64,000 nt of DNA from Chrysomallon squamiferum. Taxonomy: Eukaryota > Animalia > Mollusca. The notes under the pieces are model-generated. The model searched no databases, was not told where the DNA came from, and saw only the letters and a list, made by a program, of their open reading frames with translations. Of this stretch, positions 1-13,622 are shown piece after piece. The stretch spans positions 32,426,001 through 32,490,000 of the forward strand of contig CM022672.1 in assembly GCA_012295275.1 (NCBI GenBank), in the 5' to 3' direction. Both the position numbers and the translations under genes were made by a program. Every line of letters starts with the position of its first letter. The stretch's first letter is position 1.

Positions 1-260
1 TCAAGGCATGACCAGGTGTTGTGTGTGTCTCACAGGTATGTTGGCGTGCCATCGTATATACATGTGTGTTTGTTAAGGTCCCCATAGGTGGTTTCTGCTA
101 TTGAAATCACCCAGTATAATAGAATTATCGATGTATTTGGAGGAAATACTATTAATGTAGTGTTCAAATGTTATATTGATTTTGCCTGGTGTAGTTTATG
201 TTTTCAGCCTGGCCATAGATTGTTATTACAACTGTCTCTATGTTGGGATAATCATTGGTT
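1..260 (-). mobile_element. Decayed non-LTR retrotransposon AP-endonuclease fragment (I/Jockey-like)
   Basis: Minus-strand reading gives IILGDFNSRNHLWG, then DGTPTYL and WSCLD in a shifted frame. These are hallmark APE endonuclease motifs, here with stops and frameshifts. Confidence 0.7.
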
Positions 261-638
261 AGTGGGATGCGTGAGTAGGGATCTCACAGATGTGAACGTA
301 AGAACAAAAAGAAATGTATTTAGGAAGAACTGTCATAACTTCATGGGCTACTCTTTCCAGTTAGCACCACTTTGCTAACGGCCCTTTTGTATTAGAAATA
401 AAACATCGATGTATATATTTTGATGTTTAATTTTATGTTTATGACAATAGCGCGGCATTTGAAAGTTCGAAACATTGCCGTTTTTAGGTCGCTCTACGAC
501 GAATTTAATAAAATAAAGCAAAATGTGCGTCATACGTATTTATTTAGACCTCTGAATTTGACACTTAATCCAAATGAGTGAATTCACTTAGGTATGAACA
601 CGCTAATAATGATCTTGTTCATTTAGCAGCATAAAGGG

Positions 639-887
639 CATAGCTTTTCAACGTGAGAGTTGCCTTTTTTCTGGGGGTCGCGAGATCGTTTTTTCAACTT
701 GACTATGAAGGAGGAATAAGTAAAAATGTGTAGATAGGTTTGGGACCCGTCATAGTCAATATAGATTCCTTTTTTACTGTCTTTGGTTGATGAAAATATG
801 GTAACCCTACATATTATTGAATCAAACATTTTAAAGGTAGTCATCGGTCATACTGAGTTGCGGTATGAAAAGGGCTGAAAACCAGTG
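639..887. mobile_element. hAT-type MITE, degenerate paralog of 22650-23023
   Basis: Imperfect TIRs catagcttttcaac ... gctgaaaaccagtg. Internal sequence matches 22650-23023, and the TSD has decayed. Confidence 0.7.
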
Positions 888-1189
888 GCATCGAGTTACT
901 TTCCATTAGTCAAAGGGTTATTTGTCATACAGTTTATAACAACATAGGCCAAGGTTTGGTTCACACTTAATCCTCTGCCCGTTACCTGGATAAAAAAAAG
1001 GTATAATCCTACATTGTTGTATATTGTATGACTACAGGTAATAAATAAATGAAAGAGAGGCTTATAATTATTTATATATTTTATTTCATCCAGATAACTT
1101 GATCACTTAAATAAGTTTCAGTAGATAGCTTACAGTATCTAAGAACTGAAGGAGCGTTTTGACTCTCTGCTGCAATTGATGCTTGAGTC

Positions 1190-1660
1190 TAACTAGTCTT
1201 TTTTCCATCAATAGTCAAGAGGAATGGGTGGCCATCAGAAGTCACTGTCCATTCTTAAGTAAGGTTCACATCTGATTTTTCAGTGGAAGTGCAAGGATCT
1301 GCTTCCGTCGATGTGTGTACAGTGCGCTGCTCATGCTGGGGAATGATGACGATACTCGGACTTGATCTGGGTCATGTCTGACTCTCTCTTCATTGTAAAC
1401 AGCATTCAACGGTGTTGTTTCTTCTCTGGCCCGATTTCGCATAGTTCTCAGAAACGTCTGACGCTCTGAATCTTGTGATAGGTTGGTGGCATCAGCGGTG
1501 TTCCTGACGTGATCACCATTGCAAGCCTTGATGACACATTATCAATGAATACAAGTCTCTCGTACAGCATTCTTGTTGTAGAGGTGACTATGTAATTTGA
1601 CTTGGGGCATAACCATCTACGACAATAAATACTCCACTTTCCGAAGTCCAGCCATGGTGC
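1190..1660 (-). mobile_element. Decayed MULE (Mutator-like, FLYWCH-associated) transposase fragment
   Basis: Frameshifted readings VFIVVDGY..LYNKNAVRETCIH**CVIKAC, FLRTMRNRAREETTPLNAVYNEE..FPSMSSALYTHRRKQILALP, EWTVTSDGHPFLL resemble the FLYWCH-to-MULE linker. Segment 981-1864 is absent from the paralogous copy. Confidence 0.6.
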
Positions 1661-2253
1661 AAGTATGCCATGACTTGACACATCTGAGTTATATATGTCT
1701 CAAAAGCAACTAATTGAATAAAGTCACTATGATCTGAGAACAGTACTTTACAATTGGATTTTTTTTTAATATCTCATTGCTCTATCAAAACATGTCTCCT
1801 TCAAAATCTTTCCTCATTTTTAAGAGCAACATCCCCATATAATTGGAGTAACCTTGAACACATGCTGCCCACCGGAGTTGTGATCATTCTCCCAACGCAG
1901 GAGTGCCCAGCTTACTTACTGCTTCGCTGCTTTCCAAATTGTATGACTACTGACCATAAGACTGTTGCGAGGATACCGCGTATAGAGATTAGAAGAAGCT
2001 TGGCATGACTGTTTATTAAGATTTCAGAAAGTGCGATCATTTCAACTTGTGCACGCGGTAGTCTAATTACATGCTAATTGTTGTCATTGTTATAAACTGT
2101 TCTTTTATTCTGGAATTTACACCAGATATCTCAAGTAGAGATTTCCGGATTTCTCAAAGTTTTGTTCATAATAGATTAAAGTTAGCCTGGGAATTTCTCA
2201 CCATTTTCATAACTCTTTTATAAAGTATATTGTTTTCCTTATTATACAGTGAC

Positions 2254-2257
<4 letters not shown>

Positions 2258-2342
<85 letters not shown>
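2258..2342. repeat. (AG)n microsatellite
   Basis: Pure GA dinucleotide run. A homologous run occurs at ~23529-23606. Confidence 0.97.
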
Positions 2343-2345
<3 letters not shown>

Positions 2346-2969
2346 GTATTTTTGTGTCTATATAATTTTTCTGTTTATATTCTAAACAGAAATTAAATAT
2401 AAAAATAAACGACGTAAAAATGTATGATACAAAAACAAATTTATTTGCATTTTGTTTACATACATCTTATTCCTAAATAAACAAACAGTCAGTTCGAAAC
2501 ATAATCTAATTTAATTAAGTATTTAATATACATCTTAATAAATGAAAATGGATAAATAAATCAATAAAAGTCTTGTATTTCATGTCCAACAGTCAGTAAG
2601 TACATATATAATTTATCTACATTTTATTTTAAATCGAAATAAAAAAGTACAAATAAAGCAAGAAATATTTAATAATACTGTTTCATATACAAACAAAAAA
2701 CATTAGAAATACTTAAATATATGAATGAATAAATAAATAAATAAATAAATGATAAAGCAATGAGATATTAATATACATTTTACACTATCTGTTTGACACA
2801 AAACAATCCATTAGAAAATTACAAATCAAATCAAGTGTCTATGACGTCATCACCGCTTTCTAATGTCATCGGAAAAACGTAAACAAATCAATAAATAAAT
2901 AAATAAATAAAGATAAAAATATTAGCCCAGTGACGAGTAAAACTGACAGTGTTTGAACGATGTTGTTTT

Positions 2970-4468
2970 TTACACTAAAAATAACAAAGCAGGTATTTGT
3001 CCTCCATACACACATGTACGACCAAGTTTCCTCTCACTGTGTTCAGATTTCTTTGAGTCAGAAAATCTACAAACAAAAGAGTCTACAACAATTTCTGATT
3101 CACCTTCATATCCACACATTGAGTCTCCTCCCTTAAAATTAACAAACAAGCTGTACTCAGTGTCTTTAATAATTTTCACTGGACGTCTGAACACGACGTC
3201 ATACACGTCAGTTACGACGTGTTCATATCTCTGTGTGAGCATAGATCCGTGAAGTATTGCGTCTGTTCTTGTGTCGGTGACGAAGGCGCTGACGTCGTAG
3301 TTTCGTGGTTCACGGTAACCGTACAACTGAAATCCGCGAAGTAAAGCGTTTTTGTTGACAGAGAACGTAATGGCTTCATCAAATGTACCAGAATATGACC
3401 AGCCGTAATCAGTACTACCAAACCGATTTATTGTCATCATTGCAGATCTCTTGTTTGAATTAAAAGGTGAAACATCTTCATCACTCTTCACCAAGTTTTT
3501 CAAAATCTTGAATCCTTCTGTGTCACTGAGTATGTTAGTGGGTGTCACGTGTTCTACAAAATACGTCTGATCGAGTAATGGATAACGCACGTGCTTCACG
3601 GCCTCTCCCAGTGCTTCGCGCATGTTCTGTCCATTCGTCTGTCTTCCTTGCTTCCTACACGCGCTGTCAGCCCACTTCATAACGGCTTCAAAAACATTTT
3701 TCTCTTCTGCTGTCAGCTCGTCTGATCGTACGATCTCAACCAGACATTCGTGACAAAGATCGGTGACTTCATCTGACTTCAGAACTTCGTCGCCATTTTC
3801 CAGAATGTAGTCCAAAGCTTTTTTTCGTAGATCATGTTCATCAAAGAGATGAGCTTGTTCCAGCACGACGCACGCATTCTGTGACGACAACGACGACTCC
3901 AAATAGAGCACAGACCGATCTTCCAGTGTTGTGACGACGTACTTTCTCGATAGATACAGTAGACCGGTGACGTTGTGGCCTGTTAGGACGACGTCATCCG
4001 TATAAAGATATCTGTGTAAAAGAATGTATAGTAAGAATTTAAAACGAGAGATAATTAAGGAAGATTAATTATTTAGAAAATAATTAGATAGCAAACCAAA
4101 AATGTATTGTTATCAACGTTCGTGTCTGTATGTACATCTCGTTACCTCACTCTATTCGTATGTGTGTTTCCGTGTTTCTGTGGGTGGGCGTGTGCGTGTG
4201 TGTTAACATACTTTAAAAACTCTGTAAAAATATCTGGCTGGATGTCTGGTAACAGGATGCTATTTTTTTCGCGAAGTTCTCCCGTTAGCATCTTCTGAAA
4301 TATTTGGCTTCGTATTATTAAAATAAACTGATGTGCTTCAATGACCGTTTGATGTTCTCCCACCAGAAATCTGACGTCGCTCTCTATTTTTGTCAGAAAA
4401 ACGTGTTCAATGCACTCAGTCAATTTCTTTCCCGTCTGCCAACTCGAGACTGTAGCTGAGTTGGCCAT
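2970..4468 (-). CDS. BTB/POZ-BACK-PHR protein (BTBD1/2/3/6-like Cul3 substrate adaptor), copy 1. Coding exons 4468-4212 and 4011-2970, 432 aa
   Basis: Exon 1 reads MANSATVSSWQ..SDVRFLVG..AHQFILIIRSQIFQKML..LPDIQPDIFTEFL. A phase-2 GT..AG intron (4211-4012) joins it in frame to KYLYTD..YLSRKY..QAHLFDE (BTB). BACK follows (EKNVFEAVMKWADSAC..VRYPLL), then PHR (WSYSGTFDEAITFSV..GFQLYG..GQIPALLF). No internal stops. Confidence 0.92.
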
Positions 4469-5710
4469 GTTTTCACTATAAAGAAATAATAATAGTAGTA
4501 ATAATATGAAATGGGGAGAGAAAGAAAAAAAGAAATTGTTCGGATCTACAACTGTAACAATTCTTACAGCTAAATAAAAATAAATAAATAAATGAATAAT
4601 AACAACAACAACAACAACAACAGCAACGACAATAATAATAACCTCATACTGAATATAAATTTAAAATGTTTCTGTGTACACGCCCTCACAGTACAATGAT
4701 CAGTTTTCTATATTTATATATAGCTATGACTTGTATACAGAAATATTTAAAAATCAAACATTTTTGTTTAAGAAATAATCAATCTAAGATATTTTCTAAC
4801 AAGCAACTAATTTCTGTTTAACGCCTCTACTGTTCGATACTGAGATCCGAGATCTAAAAATAAACAAATAAATAAAAGACAATGAAACAAAAAAGAATAA
4901 AATCAGATAGATAAATATGTACCAAATCGTCAAAAAGATAAAAAGAAGTACATCATGTTTATACTAATGATTATTATGATGACAACAACGACAACATCAA
5001 TAATTATTATATTATCATTATTTCTACAAAAATGACATGTGTGGTCACAGTCTGGTAAAAGAAATATTTAACTGTGGGACAAATAATTTTCAAATCGGAA
5101 TATAGTCATTTATATCAATTTACTCCTCGAAAAAACAACAAAATTATCCGACAATAACAAATCGAAAAAGAAACACTGTATAAGAAGAAAATAATGATAA
5201 TAATAATAAAGTAAGGAAAATCAAGGAACAAGATGCGATAATTTTGAAATATACAACAATATAAAATACCTTGTAATTTCAGCTTCCTGATTGACAATTT
5301 CTTATAAGCCTCTATTTTATCTCTATGAACTCAGCTACTGATCACAGATATCACCGATCTACGAATAAATGAAATAAAATAATATAAAATACACTAAGCA
5401 ATATGTAGAAAAAGGTGTAAATAATAAAAAAAGACCTTTAATAGGATAGTAATAGTAATAGTAGTAGTAGTAGTAGTAGTAATAATAATAATAATAATCA
5501 TAATAACAAAAACAGCATATTTAAGTCAGGATATAGAGAACATTTTTCATTTCAATTTTAAAACCCCCACTATTTGTTAGAGAACAAACTCTGATGCAAT
5601 TAGTAATAAATCAAGAAAATTGGAATCGTTAACACACAATCGAATATAAAAATGTATTCACGTTCAATATCGCTGACTACTGTCAGTTCTGCTTTGTGTT
5701 CTTTTAGTTA

Positions 5711-5789
5711 GGAAACCCTCCACTGATAAACACGCGACTGACGTCAAATATCTTACACGTAATCAAGGGTTACGTTTCAGTTTCAGTTT
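5711..5789 (-). promoter_or_regulatory. Candidate promoter/enhancer of BTBD copy 1: kB-like site, CRE and ISRE-like site
   Basis: GAGGGTTTCC on the minus strand (5711-5720, 1 mismatch to GGGRNNYYCC), perfect TGACGTCA (5739-5746) and GTTTCAGTTTCAGTTT (5774-5789, tandem GAAANN). There is a possible donor GTGAAT at ~5661, and an acceptor AG sits 7 nt before the ATG, implying an upstream non-coding exon. Confidence 0.4.
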
Positions 5790-5927
5790 AAAATAAACAA
5801 ATCGTGCTACGAGATATAGGTACGCTGATCTTATATATATCTTCTTTAAAATAAATTACATTAATACTAATTTAATAAATTAAATCCTACTAGGTGCCAT
5901 TATTTATACGTAAGTTATAAATGTAAT

Positions 5928-5928
<1 letters not shown>

Positions 5929-6017
<89 letters not shown>
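5929..6017. repeat. (TAA)n microsatellite
   Basis: Pure ATA trinucleotide run. Confidence 0.95.
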
Positions 6018-6019
<2 letters not shown>

Positions 6020-6384
6020 CAGCAACAACGTCAACAAGAACAACAATAATAATAATAACATAATTTTTACAGTATACTAAATATAAGTGTACATGTCGTA
6101 TTTCTCTGATCAGGGTTGCATGACCAGTATATCAATGTAATCTAACACTGACTGTTTGCTTGTTATGTAGATCATATAAAAATAGCGTGTCACTGCTACA
6201 CGAGATACACAAAGATAAACTCGCGTGTTATTTACAATGATCTGTCAAGTTAATTGTTAGTATACTCTCTCTCTCCATATGTGTAGAAATAACCCGTGAA
6301 AATAAGAAATTATTTACATTTGTCAACAATGTGAGAAGATAAACAATTTCAATAAAGACAATAAACACAACCAACAAACTCGTA

Positions 6385-6442
<58 letters not shown>

Positions 6443-6959
6443 TAATTTACATGAGATAATATTATCACATCCTCTAGTGGCACCTTACATATACCAGATG
6501 GTAAGAAACATTTTATAGTCGGTCTAGCACATATTTGTTCATGTTTAGAATGTCTCACGCTACAACGCTGTTCGTTATGTGTATAACCATAGCAGCGATA
6601 ATGTTCATTCTTTTTTTCTTTTTTTTTTTTTGATGTTTTCCATTGTAGATGAAAACAAATACAATAACATTTTATGAATTGGCTGGAACGGGTGATAGAC
6701 CAACCAACGTTAGTTAAGAAGGAAGGAATGAACGAAGAAAGGAAGAAAGAAAGAAAGGAACACATGCAAAGAAATAAATAAGAGAAGAAATAAAAGCGTG
6801 GTCAAAATCATAATTTGCGGGGCTGTATGAAAACCCATATCTCTATAGAATACATGCAAACAGGCAGAAATATGTAACTTGACATTAGATCCTTGAATTG
6901 TTTTGATACCGATGCAATAACTTTATTCGATAGGTTTTCCTTCGAAGCACAAAAACAAT

Positions 6960-7670
6960 CAATGATCAACAGGCCATCTGTTGCGGAGTCTGTTAAGACT
7001 GGGCGTTTGAATATACCTGTTGTACCTTACCTTCCTAACCCTTTGCTATGTTAAAAATGTCAAACACTTGGACACGTACAAAATGCATGCTGTAACAAAC
7101 TGACGTGTGGTCAGTTTGATCATAACAGCAAGACTTGTAGGACTGACATAGTTTACACCAATTGCAAGGGAAAACACTTCGCTTGCTCGCGAACATCTCC
7201 GAAATGTAAAATGAAAAAAACAGGCACAACACCTTAAAACTGACAACCATCTTGGGTATCCTGATGCTAGGGAACTTGTAGAATCCAGTTCATATGCAAT
7301 AGTAGGAAAATCATATCTGCATCTGTGAAAGTATCAAATACAGAGAGACTTAATATGGCTTTTAGACAAATTCGAATTTAAGAAGGTATCAATCATAGAA
7401 AAATCTCAGAAAAAGCTGCAAAAGCTACAAAGAAAAAAGCAATGAAATCAATTCAGGTATCTTCAGATTCTGAGAATCCAAAAAGACTGTCGTTTATTGA
7501 AGAGCCAGGCCCCAGTAACGCCACGTCAGGAAAAGATACCAAATACGCCAAAATTTCTGACAAGGACTGCCACTCGGGATTATTAAGAAAGGTAGTGCTA
7601 CAATCAACTGAGACAAGCCAGTCACTAAGAGTTAACCACTGTCAGTCAGGTCATCAATCTCAGTTTTAGA
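6960..7670 (+). mobile_element. Decayed LINE ORF1 (gag-like zinc knuckles, I/Jockey/Nimb-like)
   Basis: VPYLPNPLLC*KCQTLGHVQNAC..NCKGKHFACSR..GYPDARELV, the typical CCHC ORF1 region. Homologous to 33970-34620. Confidence 0.7.
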
Positions 7671-7715
7671 AAAAAAGTAAAAATTCACCATTTCAGGTTC
7701 TATTTACGCATGCAG

Positions 7716-7816
<101 letters not shown>

Positions 7817-8159
7817 TTTACTATTATATTTAACTTCAAAACATTCAGTTTAACAACATGTGTAAAAGGCAATTACATAAGGTTAATTATATGTGCAAAT
7901 GTTAGGGAAGAAAACGTAACAAAAAGCATGTACTGACTGAACTGCTTTGAAAGACAGCCAACTGAGATTACATGATATGAATAGTATGTACAACGAGATG
8001 ACTCTTGAAGCATTATACCGTGTTTACTGCAAATTGACCCTGCACACCCTGTCCCTCTCTAACACCTAGACTACTGATTTGAAGTAAGCACTCTAATTAC
8101 TTTCCTCTGACATCTCAGCCACACCCTCCGGTTCACAGATCTGTCTCCAACATTCACAA

Positions 8160-8580
8160 AATGATTGATGGGATACCTGTACAGTCTAAAAACCCGATAT
8201 AAAGATACCACTTACTGGCATTGTAGGCATCACATGAGAGGTTTCCTTTCAATAGGAACCACTCAGAGTAGAGTACTATGTAAGATGTCTGCCACACAAG
8301 CATGCTAGTGACCCTAAGTCAGTTGACATTTCCAAACTTTTGTACAAGATGAAGAAGAGAACTAGATAAGAGACTAATATTACGTTTTCAAAAACTGAAC
8401 AATTTAGAAACTGCTCACCACTATAAAGAATATGCAGGCCAAAAAAAGCTTATCGACGGAAATATAAGAACAAGTATCGTGACATTGAAAACAAGCTTCA
8501 GAATCTGAAGGTCCGTTTTCAACAGGGACACATGCCAATTCAGGACTATACCGATGCATCTTCATTCCACACTAACTTTT
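8160..8580 (+). mobile_element. Internally deleted MULE/FLYWCH transposase remnant
   Basis: GYLYSLKTRYKDTTYWHC (FLYWCH) and HKHASDP, followed directly by the C-terminal YKNKYRDIENKLQNLKVRFQQGHMPIQDYTDASS. The catalytic core is missing. Confidence 0.6.
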
Positions 8581-9793
8581 GAATTGTTTCAGTGTATTGA
8601 TAAAGATACATATTATATCGTAAATGCAATATGTTTTTAGCGTCGAAATGAAGATACTTGATTCAGGCTATAACACGAATACAATAGGCTGAGAAAAGTT
8701 AATCCCATACGACCCAAATCCGACCTAGCCAAAACCTAATGCTGTTGAAATAGATTGATTTGGTTAGGTTTTTGACTAGATGGGAGGACACCCACCATCC
8801 ACTCTAACTAAAGAGTATAACACAAACAAATTATGAACAGACTTTATTAAAGAACATAACCTAATTACTAGGTTTATTTTTAAAATTTCTTAGAACAACG
8901 ACGACGATGACAACAACAAGAACAAGAACAATAATAATAATAATTAAGTTTTCTTACCTTTGTCTTAAGAAATACAAAATTTAACACCTGCCGAAAAATG
9001 CTCATCTATTAGTCTGCAATGTGAGTCTGATATCACAGTTGTGAGTGCGGTGAAGCCGGTTATGACAGACGACACTCTGTGAGAGGACCATACCAATTCT
9101 GATAAAGAAGGGGTGGTAGCTTTGAAATTTTCTATACTTTTCTTTCTTCTGAGAAAAAAATAATCGTGAAATTTTAAGTTCTTGTGGTACAGTAAACAGG
9201 AGTAAAAATAAAAAGCATCTCAACATAGTTTATTTAATTTATAAAATGCTTGTTATAATTTATCACACATGTAGTAATAATGGACATAGCAAGTGGTTGT
9301 AGAACAGAGAAAGATAATTATATTTAGCAGCCAAAACTATATCTTGTTTAAACTTGAATAGTGAACTGGCGGTATTAGGTCTTTTCGTAAGATATATAGA
9401 TAAACTGTACGATTAAAAAAATAAATAAAAGATACAAGATGATTATATTATTTTAATCACGTATACGCAATAGTAATAAAATAATCATGTTTATTTCTTC
9501 TGTATTTTACGTTCATTTTTTTATTCTATTTAAAATAAATAAATAAATAAATATGTAAATACATGATTAAAGTCATGATATTACATCATTATATACTCAT
9601 AAAAAAGAATGCAAATGCCGTCATTCATCATTTAAGCACCGATTTCAGTTACAATGACAACATCATTGGTCGATAAGGGAGAAGCCGATACTGTACTGGT
9701 AGCTATTTTCAGATGCTCTTTTAAAATCAACTTTGTACATTTATGTCGTTGTATTATATTTTTAAATAGAAAATAGTAAACAGCCTAGAGGAA

Positions 9794-9926
<133 letters not shown>

Positions 9927-10053
9927 CTATATCTCTATTTCACTAACATTATTATTAACATTATTTGCTGTTGGATCACTGTCTGTTTTTCTGTGTGTCC
10001 AATATCTTTTCCAATTTTATTTCTCATCATTAATTTCTACAAATCTCAATACT

Positions 10054-10960
10054 GTCCCTGTCACCCTCCTCTTAGATTATTGTGAATGACTCCCTTGTTC
10101 AAACTAACTTGAACGTGCACAGCAATCAAAAGACAAATAATAATCTCTAACGCCATCTCTAAAACACGTGTTTAAGATCTGCAGTGAGGTATGAAATTTA
10201 ATCTGTAGTCACGTTTTTAATATCTCGGGTATTTCTTTTGTTATATATATATATATATATATATATTATTTAAACACACACATACATATGCAACCACGTA
10301 TGTAGAAGTTGTTGTTACTGTTCTTGTTACGTTGAAACTCATGTGTAGGTGTTGGAACTGATTTCTACGCTATTTTAGAAAGATGACGTAAAAATAAATA
10401 TTTTTAGCACTGCAAACATCATATCTCTCTGCACATAGGTAACGATGAAATCAAATCGAACATATAAATAAATAAATAAATAAATAATAAATAAAAACAA
10501 GCAAAATACAAGAAAATGAAACAAAAACTATATCCTTTTCTTGATCATCCTAAAAACACTGAAGAATCAGTACCGGCCCTGTTCTCCTCCTCTGATTATA
10601 GTCAATCAGTCCCTTGCTCAAACTAACTTGAGCGTGCACAAAAAAGATAATGCCAGATATGATTTTACCCACCGGGGTTTAAAATACCCGTCGACAGACC
10701 TAAGGTGAGGTATCCAGTTTCGTATCTTGTCGCGTTTTCGAGATATCAGTTAATATGTTTTGTTCTTTGTATGTATTAATGAGAGAGGGGGACAAAGAAC
10801 ACAAAATCAACAACTGTATTAATAACGACTTGAGATGAAATATGAATTCTAACACCGCGGTTTAAAGCATGTGTCTCTAGACCTCCAGTGAGGTAATCAG
10901 TTTCGTATCTAGGCACGTTTTTGAGATATCAGTCATTATATTTTGTTCTTTCTATGTATT
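10054..10960. repeat. Unclassified modular repeat
   Basis: The motif gtgaggt..tatct.g..cgtttt..agatatc recurs at ~10184, ~10705 and ~10888. ccctg..ctcctc..gattat..ccttg.tcaaactaacttga.cgtgcaca recurs at ~10056 and ~10577. Confidence 0.55.
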
Positions 10961-11026
10961 AATGAGACAGGTCAAAGAACATCTTTCATATCTGTGAATA
11001 GAAAATTCTATGCAATGCGTCATGCA

Positions 11027-11083
<57 letters not shown>

Positions 11084-11212
11084 GCAGCAACAACAACAAC
11101 AACTCAACAGCAACAAAAAATAAATAATTACAATAATAATAACAATAAGAAAGTAAGAGAAACAACACAAAAACAACGACTGTAATAATAAGGGTTGAGG
11201 CACCCTAGAGAT

Positions 11213-11353
<141 letters not shown>

Positions 11354-11429
11354 TCGGCGGTAATCCCATAAATAATATAGAAACGAAATTTCGACTTGTA
11401 GCAGCGCGTCTTAAACTTCAACTTCCACT

Positions 11430-11571
<142 letters not shown>

Positions 11572-11629
11572 TTTTATCTTCCTCTTTATCTTTTCATTAT
11601 TTGGTGGATTATTTTCTGCTGTACTTGTT

Positions 11630-11974
11630 GAATGGTTATGTTTTGGTGAAGTAGATGAGGTCATTACTTTCTGTGGGAATGAAAATGCTTTATTTTGCAG
11701 ATTTCAATAGTACGGTTAGGTGAAACCTCGAAGTCAGAGTCTTCGTCAGTGTCAAGAACAGACAAAATACTGGACGGGTCTACACTGACACTGCAGTGAA
11801 AATTACTAAGACGCTGAATACAGCTTCTGTGTTAATATTCACGAGGCTACACGTGGCGTGAAGCTGATGGATAATCAGAAATCGTTGTAGATTCTTCATT
11901 GTATATACAGTGACAGACGACTTTGTTTAGATATAACACACGGACAAATACATGCTTTGCTATTTTTAGTATAA
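11630..11974 (+). pseudogene. Decayed BTBD PHR-domain fragment (third paralog, inverted), with homologous 3' flank to ~12260
   Basis: WLCFGEVDEVITFCGNENALFCRFQ*YG*..RTDKILDGSTLT..VKITK..EYS..SEIVVDS..GQIHALLFLV* with stops and deletions. The downstream sequence is the reverse-complement homolog of 2700-2970. Confidence 0.85.
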
Positions 11975-12669
11975 AAAACAGCATCGTTCAAACAATGTCA
12001 ATTTTACTCATCACTTATTTTTAGTTATTTATTCATTTAATTTTTGGCGTTTGGAATTTGTGAAGACGTCAGGCAGCAGTGATGACGTCATACGCACTTC
12101 GTTTAATTTGAAACTTCTTTTTATAGATTGTTTTGTGCCATACATGTAAAATCAATATAAACATCTCATTGCTTTATTATTTATTTATTTGATATTTGTT
12201 TATTCATTTATTTTTAATACTTTTTTCAGTTTGTATATGAAACATAATATGTAGATCAATTATAAAAGTGTTTGTAATTATATTACACATGATAGTATTA
12301 ACTATTTCTTGGTTCATTTATGCATCTATCTATCTCTCTATCTAATACATCCGCTGTTTCAACTGATCCCATATATAATATAGCAAACTATACCATAGGC
12401 CCCTACTATTGGCTAGTTACAGAAGTAACCACCCACCCCACTCAGTCCACGTCCACTATTTTCATAGCTTTACACACAACATAAATATACCTTAATGTTT
12501 GAATAGGCAGTCAGATGTATCGTCGAAACAAAGGGAATCTTGCCAACAGTATCAGAAACTAGTGTAAATATCTTTAAACTGTAATTTAACTGTATGTATG
12601 TCCCGAAAACATGAGTCAAAGTTTTAGCCACTAGACGTATGTGATTCAGACTCAGAGTAAGTTTAAATA

Positions 12670-13230
12670 TCGCGTCTTCGAGATTTTATATGAACAGGTT
12701 ATTTTATATCGGAAGTAGTGTCAATCGTTCTGAAACGTCGCATTCGATGCTCAACAACGTCAGCATATTTAAACGTTTTTCTCCCATCGTCTTTCTTTGT
12801 GCAGTTTTTATGCGGCGCAGTTTGGAAAACGAGTGTTCCTCCGTGCAGTTTGTAATCACCAAACACAAATACATGCGTAGCATTAATTCAATATTAGGTA
12901 AACATGATTGCATGTTGTGATCGCTGATGAGACGGTACATGAGCAGCTCCAGTGTCTCGTCGCCTGTCATCGCCGTGCTGTCCTCATCATCAGCTGCAGC
13001 ATCTGACTGAGAAGCACTCGGATCAGAAGTGCCACGAACAATAGTTTGTCGCATTGGCCTGTAAATCATTTGGATACTTGTTAATGACAGCCAGCGCCGA
13101 TTTTGACAGATGTTCGTTGGATACTGACCGTAAATGTCGGAAGAATCCAAACTTGTTACTGATTTCTTCATCTGCTTGCAAACGTTTCTTCAGTATTTGC
13201 GAAAAAGCAACTAATGAACTAAGTGTGGTT
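12670..13230 (-). mobile_element. hAT transposase remnant (ZMYM1-like C-terminal dimerization domain)
   Basis: LKKRLQADEEISNKFGFF..NKYPNDL, then after a frameshift LPNIELMLRMYLCLVITNCTEEHSFSKLRRIKTAQRKTMGEKRLNMLTLLSIE. Confidence 0.85.
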
Positions 13231-13427
13231 CACTGGCTAGTCAGAAAAGCAAATTTCAACAACAAAACTGTTCATAAACGTACATCTACACGAAAAAAAA
13301 TACCAAAGGCTATAGTCAAAAGGTTGTAGCTGATACCCAGCTTTTTGATTAAAAAAAAACAACACCTGAAAGCCTCTCAAAGCATGCCATTCGTACCATT
13401 TTCTACATCTGCTACGTTGTAAATCCG

Positions 13428-13484
<57 letters not shown>

Positions 13485-13538
13485 GACAAAAAAACCTACC
13501 TTATCTATAAAAAGTATTTCTCTTACTATTTTTGTTTA

Positions 13539-13622
<84 letters not shown>

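Noticed and set aside
2953-3252. Plus-strand ORFs overlapping the BTBD genes (also 4107-4298, 24892-25324 and 25623-26114)
   Set aside because: Antisense shadows of the real minus-strand CDS.
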